This document shows positions 1 through 9,072 of a DNA stretch of 64,000 nt, in pieces (position 1 is the first letter of the stretch; every line of letters starts with the position of its first letter). Source of the DNA: a virus. The stretch lies in IMG/VR virus record IMGVR_UViG_3300042351_000704, positions 1 to 64,000 of that record, one strand, 5' to 3'. Position numbers and translations under genes: made by a program. The notes under the pieces were generated by a model, which was given only the letters and a program-made list of their open reading frames with translations, had not been told where the DNA came from and ran no database searches.

Positions 1-204
1 GATAAGGGGGTGTTATCTGGGGGGGTCTATTTTCCTAGGGTGCAAATTTGACCCCTATATCATATCTATATTATTCTCTCTATATATTACTATGTTATAC
101 GTATCAAATTTGATCCCATGGAAAGTGGGGTAGATTCACGGGTTATTCACAAAGGGGGCTTCTTTATAGAGGTATGTAGAACAAGGATTTATATTTACAC
201 TCCT

Positions 205-396
205 ATGGAACAAATCATTTACACCGACCTCCAGGCTCTTATAGAGATGTACAAAGTGGGGGATCTCCCGGATCAGATGGCCTACGCCTATTATATTAAG
301 CCAGGACAGGCTGCTTTTATACACATAGACGAGCTTAAAAGGGCCGTTATGATGGAAAACATCTACCCCGCAGCAAATAACCAGCGGGGGAAATAA
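205..396 (+). CDS. hypothetical protein
   Basis: The ORF track starts at 118, but the in-frame ATG at 205 has the CCT-ATG context used by many genes here. No recognisable motif. Confidence 0.5.
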   Translation: MEQIIYTDLQALIEMYKVGDLPDQMAYAYYIKPGQAAFIHIDELKRAVMMENIYPAANNQRGK

Positions 397-541
397 AAAG
401 CTTACCTTGTAGGCATTAGTTACCAAATGGTTACTTAGTTACCGGCAAAATATATATAGTGTTGTAGAGCTTGTAAGCAGCAAACTATCTAGTTATTTCG
501 GTGTTAGACCACAACCTTGTCATACACCACCATGAAAGTTT

Positions 542-967
542 ATGCTTATATCATTTGTACTCAACACAGGTGCCGAAATCCTCGGCAAGAAATGGAGAGC
601 TGTTATTATATGGCATCTAAAAGACGGACCCTGCAGATTTTCCGAACTTAAAAAAGAGATTCCAGGTATATCTGTTAAAGTGCTTTCCGAAGTGCTTAAG
701 GAAATGGAAGATAACTACCTGATTACGCGCACACAGTATAACACAATCCCCGTAAAGGTTACATACGAAATACATGAAGATGCTGTTGGCTTTTTAGAAG
801 CAAACATTGTATGCACTATACGCATTGCTGAATTTGTCCTTAAACATTCTAAACGCCTGGAAGTGCCAGAAGAGATATACGCAGAGCTGGTTCCCTGGGC
901 GAAAAAACACAAAGTGTTCATTGAACAAACTTCTATTTCTACACAAGGAAAGAAAGATACTAATTAG
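542..967 (+). CDS. HxlR/DUF24 family winged-helix transcriptional regulator
   Basis: Signature GKKWRAVIIWHL..GPCRFSELKKEIPGISVKVLSEVLKEME..LITRTQYNTIPVKVTYE. Confidence 0.9.
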   Translation: MLISFVLNTGAEILGKKWRAVIIWHLKDGPCRFSELKKEIPGISVKVLSEVLKEMEDNYLITRTQYNTIPVKVTYEIHEDAVGFLEANIVCTIRIAEFVLKHSKRLEVPEEIYAELVPWAKKHKVFIEQTSISTQGKKDTN

Positions 968-1095
968 TAACTTACCAACCTCTCCAGAATAATCCTACTA
1001 GTTTTTTTGCCTATCTCTACATGATGTAAGATATTTGTCCCCCGTTAATTCACAAGGCGTGTATAAGTGATCCTATTCTTATAAAGGTCTACAAT

Positions 1096-1140
1096 ATAAA
1101 TTTGTAGAGTTTAAACCTTTTAAGTATATTATACTATACA
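1096..1140 (+). promoter_or_regulatory. putative promoter (Bacteroidota -7 TAnnTTTG plus phage TATATT box)
   Basis: TAAATTTG followed by TAGAG, then GTATATTATACT just upstream of the operon starting at 1149. Confidence 0.5.
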
Positions 1141-1148
1141 CCCCACCT

Positions 1149-1358
1149 ATGGAAAACCAAGAACAAGAACAAGCGTTATCGCATTTTAGAGAAACCAAGA
1201 ACAAGTACGGTCAAAGAGTTTATGTTCCCGTTGTCGATGTCAGAGATGGCTTAGCGGAGCGTGCCCTTGCTATGCAAATCCTGAAAGCAGCCAACAAATC
1301 CAAGTACATGAACTTCTCCGAGTACCATGTTTCTAAGAAAAAACCAGCTACCCTATGA
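1149..1358 (+). CDS. hypothetical protein
   Basis: CCT-ATG start; ATGA overlap with the next gene. Confidence 0.7.
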   Translation: MENQEQEQALSHFRETKNKYGQRVYVPVVDVRDGLAERALAMQILKAANKSKYMNFSEYHVSKKKPATL

Positions 1359-1660
1359 GTATAAGTCCTGTGCACACGTGCAAAATCCACTGTCACACCA
1401 TTGATCCCTCCAAACTGGAGCTGATGGGTATGCAAGATGACCCCGGCAAATGGATGCCCTTTGCCTTTTTGTTAGATAACATCGTGTCCTGCAAACTAGC
1501 CAGTGATGACGAAGAGTTGTTGGTATGCAACTGCACTACGGTGTTTACAACAGACGGAGATACATACATCATCGACACCCTGTTTGAAGACTTTGAACCA
1601 AAGTTCAGAAACTATTTTGAAGAGATGGCAGGTTACAATCCACTGCCAGCTGAATTATAA
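1355..1660 (+). CDS. hypothetical protein
   Basis: Translationally coupled ORF with CCT-ATG start. Confidence 0.75.
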   Translation: MSISPVHTCKIHCHTIDPSKLELMGMQDDPGKWMPFAFLLDNIVSCKLASDDEELLVCNCTTVFTTDGDTYIIDTLFEDFEPKFRNYFEEMAGYNPLPAEL

Positions 1661-1683
1661 AACCCCTATAAAAACCAACGAAC

Positions 1684-2034
1684 ATGTCAGAAGAAATTAA
1701 CCAAGAGCAAACTGCTCCCTCAAAAGAAAAGATCCTGGAGTTTTTTAACGACCAGATCGATGTCAAGAAAGTACAATACGAATTACAGGAGCTGAACACT
1801 AAGCTTGCTGTTGCCCGTGCAGAAGAACTGAAAGCCCTCGCTTTTATTGCTCAGATGACACAGGAGAAAACAGAAACTCCGTATGAAGGCGGTCAGCCGC
1901 ACACCATTACCCAGGAAGACATGGATGCAAATCCAGAGCTTGCTGAACAAGGTATTAAGGTGGGAGACGAAGTGCTTATTCCTACAGAAGAACCTAAACC
2001 CTCTAACAAAAAACGTGGCTTAAAAACCAAATAG
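1684..2034 (+). CDS. hypothetical protein (coiled coil plus LysM-like HTITQED..NPEL..GIKVGDEVLIP motif)
   Basis: Operon position, AAAACCAAC leader, motif in the translation. Confidence 0.75.
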   Translation: MSEEINQEQTAPSKEKILEFFNDQIDVKKVQYELQELNTKLAVARAEELKALAFIAQMTQEKTETPYEGGQPHTITQEDMDANPELAEQGIKVGDEVLIPTEEPKPSNKKRGLKTK

Positions 2035-2038
2035 CGAG

Positions 2039-2470
2039 ATGACCACCCTGTATAAGCTCCGGGATTACAAAGAAACTTTCAAGTTTGAAAAAGAGCATCC
2101 AAAGCAACTGCGCTGGGATGACAAGTATAAACTCTACACACTCACCCAGACAGATAATGTCCAGGGTATATGGCTGAAGGATAAGACAGAGCTCGTTGCT
2201 GAGATGATTGTCACCTACACATCCAAGAACGTAGCACACATTGACTCATTCACTGTATTACCATCACACCGTGGAAAAGGCCTGGGCCATGCGCTAGTCA
2301 AACTAACCCTTGACTGGGCCATTGACCTAGAGTACGAATATATCACAGGAGAAGCAAGGCTTGGAGCAAGCTGGAAGATTTTTAAAACATTTGGAGCAGA
2401 AGAGATTTTGTTATACAAAGACTGGAACAGCACAGGGGAGGACTACGTGAGCTTCAAAATCAAATTGTAA
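2039..2470 (+). CDS. GNAT family N-acetyltransferase
   Basis: Acetyl-CoA binding motif A: FTVLPSHRGKGLGHALV. Confidence 0.9.
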   Translation: MTTLYKLRDYKETFKFEKEHPKQLRWDDKYKLYTLTQTDNVQGIWLKDKTELVAEMIVTYTSKNVAHIDSFTVLPSHRGKGLGHALVKLTLDWAIDLEYEYITGEARLGASWKIFKTFGAEEILLYKDWNSTGEDYVSFKIKL

Positions 2471-2835
2471 TGGCAATAGTAAACCAGGTAGACAAACGTG
2501 TAAAACTGAGTAATTGGCAGATTGTCAAGTACCAGATCCTTACGCATTGCTACTTATACGACATACCGGTGAGTGACTCAGACCTGAACTGTCTGACACT
2601 GCTGGCTATTATGGGAGAAGTGGAACTCACTTCTTTCTGTAATAAGGCCCATGTGATGAACATCTTTTCTTCCGAGCAGTCCGTAAGGAACTGCCTCACC
2701 AAGGTGGAAAAGAAAAGCCTCATCAAAAAAGAAGGCAAGAACAAAAAGAAAATATACCTCCATCCAGAGATGAAGGTGCACAGCAAGGGTAGCATTCTGT
2801 TAGACTACAAATTTCTAAGCGTTGAAACCAAGTAA
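2470..2835 (+). CDS. conserved phage protein, probable winged HTH
   Basis: SEQSVRNCLTKVEKKSLIKK resembles a wHTH recognition helix and wing; coupled to neighbours. Confidence 0.65.
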   Translation: MAIVNQVDKRVKLSNWQIVKYQILTHCYLYDIPVSDSDLNCLTLLAIMGEVELTSFCNKAHVMNIFSSEQSVRNCLTKVEKKSLIKKEGKNKKKIYLHPEMKVHSKGSILLDYKFLSVETK

Positions 2836-3241
2836 GGCTAAACAGTTTATACCGGAAGTGGCCGCTGAACTTGAGATGAGTGAAGATGCAGTGACGGCTA
2901 TCATCAATTTTTACTGGGAAGAAGTGAGAAAGTCTCTGTCGGGACTGAAGCATTCAAGAGTACACCTCACCAACCTGGGAGACTTTGTGATTAAGCACTG
3001 GAAACTGGATGATAAGATTGACAAGCTGGAGCGTTTTGAAGAAAACAACCGGCTGAAAGGTATGCAGCAAATGACGGCCAGGTTTAAAACCGTAGAAACC
3101 CTTTATGATCTGAATAACCTGAAAGCCATCATGGCAGAAGAAAAACAACGGGCAGAGTTTATCAAACTACATAAAAAGACAACACATGTCAATACAAGAG
3201 AACATAATCCGAATATGGAAGAACAAGGGACAGATCATTGA
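2822..3241 (+). CDS. HU/IHF-like DNA-binding protein
   Basis: FIPEVAAELEMSEDAVTAIINFYWEEVRKSL...VHLTNLGDFVIK matches the HU/IHF pattern; crAss-like phages encode such genes. Confidence 0.7.
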   Translation: MKPSKAKQFIPEVAAELEMSEDAVTAIINFYWEEVRKSLSGLKHSRVHLTNLGDFVIKHWKLDDKIDKLERFEENNRLKGMQQMTARFKTVETLYDLNNLKAIMAEEKQRAEFIKLHKKTTHVNTREHNPNMEEQGTDH

Positions 3242-3515
3242 GGGCATCACCAACAGTGTGTTTAAGCGTGAGGATGTAGAAGAAATTGCACAACAGAGAA
3301 TGCAGGTTTGTATGAATTGTGCACTTTACGATGTGCAAGGTGACGGATGTATGGTGCCCGGCACGCAGCCTTGTTGTAACGAGAAGATGGGTGGATGCGG
3401 ATGTTCTCTTGGGTTTAAAACCAGGTCCTTGTCCAGTGCATGTCCAAAGGGATACTGGGACGCAGAACTGAATGAACATGAAGAAGACCAGCTGAACGAA
3501 AAACTTGCACTCTGA
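3186..3515 (+). CDS. Cys-rich (probable Zn-binding) phage protein
   Basis: RMQVCMNC...CC..GGCGCSLGFKTRSLSSACPKGYW. Confidence 0.75.
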   Translation: MSIQENIIRIWKNKGQIIEGITNSVFKREDVEEIAQQRMQVCMNCALYDVQGDGCMVPGTQPCCNEKMGGCGCSLGFKTRSLSSACPKGYWDAELNEHEEDQLNEKLAL

Positions 3516-3912
3516 CATGCCCATCGAGACCACCGGAGAATGTGTGCGCCTAGAAGTAGTTCACTCTGTATATAAGAACAAGGTGGTCTATGAGCAAATG
3601 CCGGAAGGAGACCTCTTTCCTGTAAAAAAAGAAGTGCTGCATAAACAGATCCGTGTAAAGAAATGGTTTAAGAAAGAAGCCATAACAAGTGTGGAGCAGT
3701 ATGTCACTACCAAAAACACGATAGCTAAGAACCGGTCCATTGTATTTGATAAATATTCAGCCAGGTTTTACGCCACCTACCATACCCCGGAAGAGATCAT
3801 GAACACTATTGATCTGTATTCCAAATCCTATAGAAACCAAATTGGCTTTACCTATGATACTAAGATTTACCCCGCAGGATCACAAATACACCAGCATAAA
3901 AAAAGAAGATGA
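3505..3912 (+). CDS. hypothetical protein (start may be the ATG at 3517)
   Basis: Fills the operon between coupled genes. Confidence 0.65.
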   Translation: MHSDMPIETTGECVRLEVVHSVYKNKVVYEQMPEGDLFPVKKEVLHKQIRVKKWFKKEAITSVEQYVTTKNTIAKNRSIVFDKYSARFYATYHTPEEIMNTIDLYSKSYRNQIGFTYDTKIYPAGSQIHQHKKRR

Positions 3913-4690
3913 ACGTGATTGGATCAGTGCCACTTCTTTTATCGGAAACTTTAAACAACCCTTTGACGCAGATGCCATAGCCGCAAAAAGCAGCCGCAAG
4001 AAAAACTCTAAGTGGTATGGTATGACTCCTGATGATATCAAAGCAGCCTGGAAAGCAGAAGCCCTTCGTGCTACAACACTGGGCACCTGGTATCACAACT
4101 GCAGAGAGCGTGACCTTTGTGAACTGGAAACTATTGAACGCACTGGTGTCACTGTACCGATTGTAAAACCAATCGAGATAGAAGGTGTCAAGTATTCTCC
4201 CGAGCAAAAACTTTTTGATGGTGTCTATCCGGAACACCTGGTTTATTTAAAGAGTGCAGGCATCTGTGGTCAGTCCGACCTGGTAGAAGTGATTAACGGT
4301 CAGGTGCACATCACCGACTACAAGACCAATAAAGAAATTAAGACAGAAGGATTTACTAACTGGGAAGGCATCACTACTAGAATGTTACCACCGGTGGCGC
4401 ACCTGGATGATTGTAACCTGAATCATTATGCATTGCAGCTGAGCCTGTACATGTTTATGATTTTAAAACACAACCCAAGACTAAAGCCTGGTGTACTTAC
4501 TATCCACCACATCTTATTTGAGACCGTGGGAGAAGATAAGTTTGGTAATCCTATCACTGCCCTGGACACTACAGGTAATCCCATTGTAAAAGATATTGTG
4601 CAATATGACCTGCCTTATTTAAAACAGGAGATTGTTGCACTGCTGCACTGGCTGGAAGATAACCGTGATAAAATAAAAGCCAAGCATTAA
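3854..4690 (+). CDS. PD-(D/E)XK nuclease (RecB/Cas4-like)
   Basis: GTWYH, GICGQSDLV, ITDYKT and HYALQLSLY motifs; start moved to the in-frame CCT-ATG at 3854. Confidence 0.9.
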   Translation: MILRFTPQDHKYTSIKKEDERDWISATSFIGNFKQPFDADAIAAKSSRKKNSKWYGMTPDDIKAAWKAEALRATTLGTWYHNCRERDLCELETIERTGVTVPIVKPIEIEGVKYSPEQKLFDGVYPEHLVYLKSAGICGQSDLVEVINGQVHITDYKTNKEIKTEGFTNWEGITTRMLPPVAHLDDCNLNHYALQLSLYMFMILKHNPRLKPGVLTIHHILFETVGEDKFGNPITALDTTGNPIVKDIVQYDLPYLKQEIVALLHWLEDNRDKIKAKH

Positions 4691-5370
4691 TGAGAGTCTT
4701 GTTTGATCACATCAACGGTTTTGGAAAAGTGAGTGACCAGGATTTTATCTACTCGCAGCCGCATGGTGTGCTAGAAGAAGGGGAGAGTGCAAGTGAAGCA
4801 TTAGCCTGTGGTTGGATACCCTGGGAAGACGCGTGGTATAACCTGAGATCAGTAAGAATAGACTTGAGTGCATACAAGCCTCATGAAACTACACGCAAGA
4901 AAGCAAAGCTTGTTAATGGTGTGTACGAAAAGTTTGAAGATAGTCCTGAGTACAGAGAGCTCTATGAGAAGTATTGCGCTCACCATGGATTTCAACGGAC
5001 GATTACATGGGAACAGTTATTTACCGGTAGCGTAATAAATTATTACTACAACGATAAGCTGATTGGCTATTCTACAGTGGATATATATGAAGATGCCATG
5101 GTAGCTACACAGTTTGTATGGGACTACGCAGAGCCATCACTATCACTTGGAAAGGTAGCACAGATGTATGAGTGTGAAGCTGCAAAAATGATGGGCTGTA
5201 AGCATGTGTACATCCTGGGTGGATACGAGAAGTGTTGTTTATACAAATCTGACTTCTACGGATTTCAGTGGTGGACCGGATCTGTGTGGAGTGAAGATAA
5301 AGACCTATACAAAAAACTTTGCCTGCGCGATGACCAGGCCAAAGTAAACTATGAAGACTATGATACATGA
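4690..5370 (+). CDS. ATE1/Bpt-like aminoacyl-tRNA--protein transferase
   Basis: ALACGW..RSVRIDL, ELYEKY, KLIGYSTVD and FVWDY..PSLSLGK...GCKHVYILGGY..CCLYKSDF line up in order with ATE_N/ATE_C motifs. Confidence 0.75.
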   Translation: MRVLFDHINGFGKVSDQDFIYSQPHGVLEEGESASEALACGWIPWEDAWYNLRSVRIDLSAYKPHETTRKKAKLVNGVYEKFEDSPEYRELYEKYCAHHGFQRTITWEQLFTGSVINYYYNDKLIGYSTVDIYEDAMVATQFVWDYAEPSLSLGKVAQMYECEAAKMMGCKHVYILGGYEKCCLYKSDFYGFQWWTGSVWSEDKDLYKKLCLRDDQAKVNYEDYDT

Positions 5371-5554
5371 ACCGCGCAACCGGGTTGAAGTAACCACACC
5401 AAAAGGTGATGGGGTGATATGGCTGGTGACCGACTATGGTCATGAGACCGATACGATTTATACAGTGATCATAAACGCCACCGGAGAGTTCTGGCAGTTT
5501 GCTCACAAAGACATTAAAGCTAAAAAGAACATAACATTTGGAAGAACATGGTAA
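5351..5554 (+). CDS. hypothetical protein (small beta-rich)
   Basis: Overlap-coupled ORF. Confidence 0.7.
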   Translation: MKTMIHEPRNRVEVTTPKGDGVIWLVTDYGHETDTIYTVIINATGEFWQFAHKDIKAKKNITFGRTW

Positions 5555-6060
5555 GATTATTTGACATACAGAACGGAAAAGTGATACCCAGTGAACATTG
5601 CTATACATTAGCGTCACTGAAGAAGATTATTGAAGACTATCCGCAGGATTACTCCCGCGTGTACGCGTACATTTTTTACATGACCTGCCCTAACCCGGAC
5701 CTCAATCCATTCTTTGATGTACCGGAGCAAGACAAGGAAGAACTAATCCTGCAGGAAGTGGAAGCAGATTTCTCTACTGATGATGAAACCATTATCAATG
5801 CGATCAAGCTCTGTGAGAAAATGTACCAGACCCCTACGTACAGAGCCTACCAGGGGATTAAGATTGCCCTGGATAACATGGCCACCTTTATGGCTACTGA
5901 GAAACCTACCTCCGGAAGAGACGGATCGGCTACAGCGCTCTTAAGAATTGCAGAACGCTTTGATATGGTGAGACAATCTTTCAAAGGTGTCTACCGTGAC
6001 CTGATCGAAGAGCAGCAATCAACGGTGAGGGGTGGACAAAATCTGGCCTACGATCAATAG
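5548..6060 (+). CDS. conserved crAss-like protein, possible terminase small subunit
   Basis: 170 aa, helical, upstream of terL, C-terminal VRGG..AYD; function inferred from position only. Confidence 0.6.
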   Translation: MVRLFDIQNGKVIPSEHCYTLASLKKIIEDYPQDYSRVYAYIFYMTCPNPDLNPFFDVPEQDKEELILQEVEADFSTDDETIINAIKLCEKMYQTPTYRAYQGIKIALDNMATFMATEKPTSGRDGSATALLRIAERFDMVRQSFKGVYRDLIEEQQSTVRGGQNLAYDQ

Positions 6061-6063
6061 AAG

Positions 6064-6125
6064 TTGTAGAACTTATTTATAAAAGCTCTACATTTGTAGA
6101 ACTACAGCGTGTGATGTTGCACGCT
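6064..6125 (+). promoter_or_regulatory. putative promoter/operator: TGTAGA inverted repeat, TACATTTG -7 element, leader hairpin
   Basis: TGTAGAACTT..AAGCTCTACA; TACATTTG fits TAnnTTTG; AGCGTG/CACGCT stem at 6106-6125. Confidence 0.5.
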
Positions 6126-6140
6126 AAAAACTTTACGGAA

Positions 6141-6392
6141 ATGACCAAAAACATTACGCCAGTGGCGATCTGGCACAATGAACAAACAGTAAGTGCTGTT
6201 GCTATTCGGTTTTGTTGTATTCAAGATGACCTGGAAACCCAGGCTATTTATTACTACGAACTTAGATCAACAACAGATATAATTACTGCCGGAAACCTCA
6301 CCCTCACAGGAACACCCTATGATGACAGAGATTCCAACCAGTATGTTATGGACTGGGTTGCTTCTCAACTCACGCTGACATACAGCACATAA
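6141..6392 (+). CDS. hypothetical protein
   Basis: ORF 6111-6392; the ATG at 6141, downstream of the hairpin, is the more plausible start. Confidence 0.65.
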   Translation: MTKNITPVAIWHNEQTVSAVAIRFCCIQDDLETQAIYYYELRSTTDIITAGNLTLTGTPYDDRDSNQYVMDWVASQLTLTYST

Positions 6393-6393
6393 A

Positions 6394-6476
6394 GCCCTGT
6401 TGGTGAAATGGTAGACACGCTGTCTTCAGGAGGCAGTGTCAGTAATGACGTGAGAGTTCGAATCTCTCATAGGGCA
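6394..6476 (+). tRNA. trnL: tRNA-Leu (anticodon CAG), CCA not encoded
   Basis: Acceptor GCCCTGT/ATAGGGC, D-loop TGGTAGA, anticodon stem CTGTC/GGCAG with loop TTCAGGA (CAG at 6427-6429), long variable arm GTCA-GTAA-TGAC, T-arm GAGAG-TTCGAAT-CTCTC, discriminator A. Confidence 0.95.
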
Positions 6477-6489
6477 CAAATCAACACCT

Positions 6490-6654
6490 ATGAAAGAACA
6501 TCCACCCGTACTCTCTCAATCGGTAGAGCAATTCCTGTCTTTGTACATCATGTCTACGGAGGCTGTGCGGATTACCAGTAACGGTGTGTTCATCCTTAAT
6601 ACGCCTGTTAAGAAACGCAACCGCAGGAAGATGAGTAAAAATAAATCCCTATGA
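6490..6654 (+). CDS. small hypothetical protein (54 aa, basic C-terminus), not in the ORF track
   Basis: CCT-ATG start; MKEHPPVLSQ...KKRNRRKMSKNKSL*; ATGA overlap with the next gene. Confidence 0.6.
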   Translation: MKEHPPVLSQSVEQFLSLYIMSTEAVRITSNGVFILNTPVKKRNRRKMSKNKSL

Positions 6655-6872
6655 AAAACAACGACTACTTAAATGACTGGGTATTCCACTTTAATCCGTA
6701 TACGGAGATGTGGGCTGCCATTCCCAAAGATCATTACCAGGACTACTGGAATGATTACGCACACGCAGACATTCTGCGTTCTACACACCTAAACACCCTG
6801 ATTGATCTTTTACACAAAAGCAAGGGTGATGTAGAGATGATCCATAGCCTTACCAAAGTGGGTGTTAAGTAA
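6651..6872 (+). CDS. hypothetical protein
   Basis: CCT-ATG start; TAATG coupling to terL. Confidence 0.75.
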   Translation: MKNNDYLNDWVFHFNPYTEMWAAIPKDHYQDYWNDYAHADILRSTHLNTLIDLLHKSKGDVEMIHSLTKVGVK

Positions 6873-9067
6873 TGACTCCATATAAAGAAGTGCCCACCTG
6901 GGACAACGGTCAATGGATCGTCACCACTTTTTATACCCGGGAAGAGTTCCGGGATTATCTGCTTTTTTTATTTAAGCAGCCTGGTGAATATTTATTTGAC
7001 GAGAGTAGCAAGATATTTAATGCTGAAGGCAGAAAGTTTCAGCAGCAGGGATTTTACTGTGCTGCTCCTACCAGAAGTAAAGACTTTATTGTCTATTGGG
7101 ATGATCAGAAGATGAAGTGCAGAAACGGCATTATCGTTAAAAACGGGACTAATGCATGGTATGTCACGCGTGACTACTACATGTGGCTGAACTTTCTTCC
7201 CATCTATGACAAAGAAGAAAAACGTTTTGATTTTGCCAAGGTGAGAGACGCCCAGTATCACATGGCGCTGTATGAACACCTGGCTGAGCTGCACTATAAA
7301 CATGCAGTGATACTTAAGAAACGTCAGATAGCCTCTTCTTACTTTCACATGGCCAAGATCATCAACACCTATTGGTTTGAATCAGGCTCTATATGTAAGA
7401 TTGGGTCATCACTTAAAGACTATATCAACGAGAAAGGATCCTGGAAGTTTCTAAACGAGTATAAGAACTTCCTGAACGAGCACACTGCCTGGTACAGACC
7501 GGCAGAACCTGAAAAGGTGTTTGCCTGGAACCAGCAGATTAAGGTGAGGATCAACGGACGTGACACGTTCAAAGGACTCAAGAGCAGTATTAGTGGATAC
7601 TCTTTTGAAAAAGATCCAACCAATGGTGTGGGTGGTCCCGTAACTTATTTCTTCCACGAGGAAGCAGGTATTGCTCCAAAGATGAATGACACCTATGGAT
7701 TCATTAAGCCTGCACTAAAGTCTGGTCACATCATCACCGGTCAGTTTATTGCAGCAGGATCAGTCGGTGACCTGGACCAGTGTGAACCCATGAAAGAATA
7801 CATCATGCACCCGGAAGAAAACGGGTTTTATGGTGTACAGAGTAACTTATTAGACAAAGACGGCACACTATCTATTACCGGGTTGTTTATACCCGAGCAG
7901 TGGAGTATGCCTCCTTATATTGATCAGTACGGGAATTCTCTGGTAGAGGATGCCCTGGTTGCCCTGGACGCACAGTTTGAAAAAGCCAAGCGTGACCTTG
8001 CTCCGGATGCGTACCAGTTAGAAGTGTCCCAGCATCCCAGAAACATTGAAGAAGCTTTTGCTACCAGAAAGGTGAGTGTATTTCCGCCACACCTGGTCTC
8101 TAAACAACTGCAGCGCATAGCAGATAAAGAGTATCCGGTGGAATACCTGGACCTTTCGCGTGACGCGGAAGGACGCATCGTAGACAAGCCGTCCAGGAAG
8201 ATCCCCATCCTGGAGTTTCCTATATCCAAAAAGACAGAAGACAAGACCGGAGTGATCTGTGTCTACGAACGACCGGTAAAAAACCCAACGTTTGGGATGT
8301 ACTATGCCTCAGTGGATCCGGTAGGGGAAGGTAAGACCACTACTTCGGACTCTCTTTGCGCCATTTACATCTACAAGAACCCTGTAGAAGTGATCAAAGA
8401 CTACGGGGACGGAAAAGTGGAGAATAGTATTGAACGTGACCGGATCGTGGCTAGTTGGTGCGGACGTTTTGATGATATCAATAAAACCCATGAACGCCTG
8501 GAGATGATGATCGAGTGGTATAACGCCTGGACCATTGTCGAGAACAACGTAGCCCTGTTTATACAATACATGATCAGCCGTAAAAGGCAGAAGTATTTGG
8601 TACCCAAGGACATGATCCTGTTCCTAAAGGACATTGGGGCCAACCGCAATGTGTTCCAGGAATACGGCTGGAAGAACGTGGGCACCCTGTTCAAGGGTAA
8701 CATTCTGAGCTACGGGATCGAGTTTACCAAAGAAGAACTAGACACCGAAACCAAGGCCAACGGAGACATTGTACATACCACGTATGGTGTAGAACGTATA
8801 CCAGATCCTATGCTGCTAAAAGAAATGCAGGCCTATCAGGACGGGGTGAACGTGGATAGGCTGGTAGCCTTTTGTGCCCTGATTGCCTTTGCCAAAGTGC
8901 AGCAATCTAACAGAGGCTACAGTAAACGTGTAGAACATGCCCATCAAAAGTTGGAGAACTCACAAAAAATCAGTAAATTAAATTGGGGACCTTTTAGACA
9001 TATGGGGTCCTCTAAAGGCAGTTCTATAGGTCATAAACCCCGGAACCCTTTTAAAAACCTCAGCTAA
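6872..9067 (+). CDS. terL: terminase large subunit
   Basis: Walker A-like LKKRQIASS, Walker B FFHEEAG, nuclease YASVDPV and C-terminal NVDRLVA; precedes portal. Confidence 0.93.
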   Translation: MTPYKEVPTWDNGQWIVTTFYTREEFRDYLLFLFKQPGEYLFDESSKIFNAEGRKFQQQGFYCAAPTRSKDFIVYWDDQKMKCRNGIIVKNGTNAWYVTRDYYMWLNFLPIYDKEEKRFDFAKVRDAQYHMALYEHLAELHYKHAVILKKRQIASSYFHMAKIINTYWFESGSICKIGSSLKDYINEKGSWKFLNEYKNFLNEHTAWYRPAEPEKVFAWNQQIKVRINGRDTFKGLKSSISGYSFEKDPTNGVGGPVTYFFHEEAGIAPKMNDTYGFIKPALKSGHIITGQFIAAGSVGDLDQCEPMKEYIMHPEENGFYGVQSNLLDKDGTLSITGLFIPEQWSMPPYIDQYGNSLVEDALVALDAQFEKAKRDLAPDAYQLEVSQHPRNIEEAFATRKVSVFPPHLVSKQLQRIADKEYPVEYLDLSRDAEGRIVDKPSRKIPILEFPISKKTEDKTGVICVYERPVKNPTFGMYYASVDPVGEGKTTTSDSLCAIYIYKNPVEVIKDYGDGKVENSIERDRIVASWCGRFDDINKTHERLEMMIEWYNAWTIVENNVALFIQYMISRKRQKYLVPKDMILFLKDIGANRNVFQEYGWKNVGTLFKGNILSYGIEFTKEELDTETKANGDIVHTTYGVERIPDPMLLKEMQAYQDGVNVDRLVAFCALIAFAKVQQSNRGYSKRVEHAHQKLENSQKISKLNWGPFRHMGSSKGSSIGHKPRNPFKNLS

Positions 9068-9072
9068 CTCCT

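Noticed and set aside
1088-6100. TCTAC...GTAGA hairpins resembling Cas12a CRISPR repeats, with a Cas4-like nuclease nearby
   Set aside because: There are no regularly spaced identical repeats or spacers. The nuclease fits the generic PD-(D/E)XK type common in crAss-like phages.
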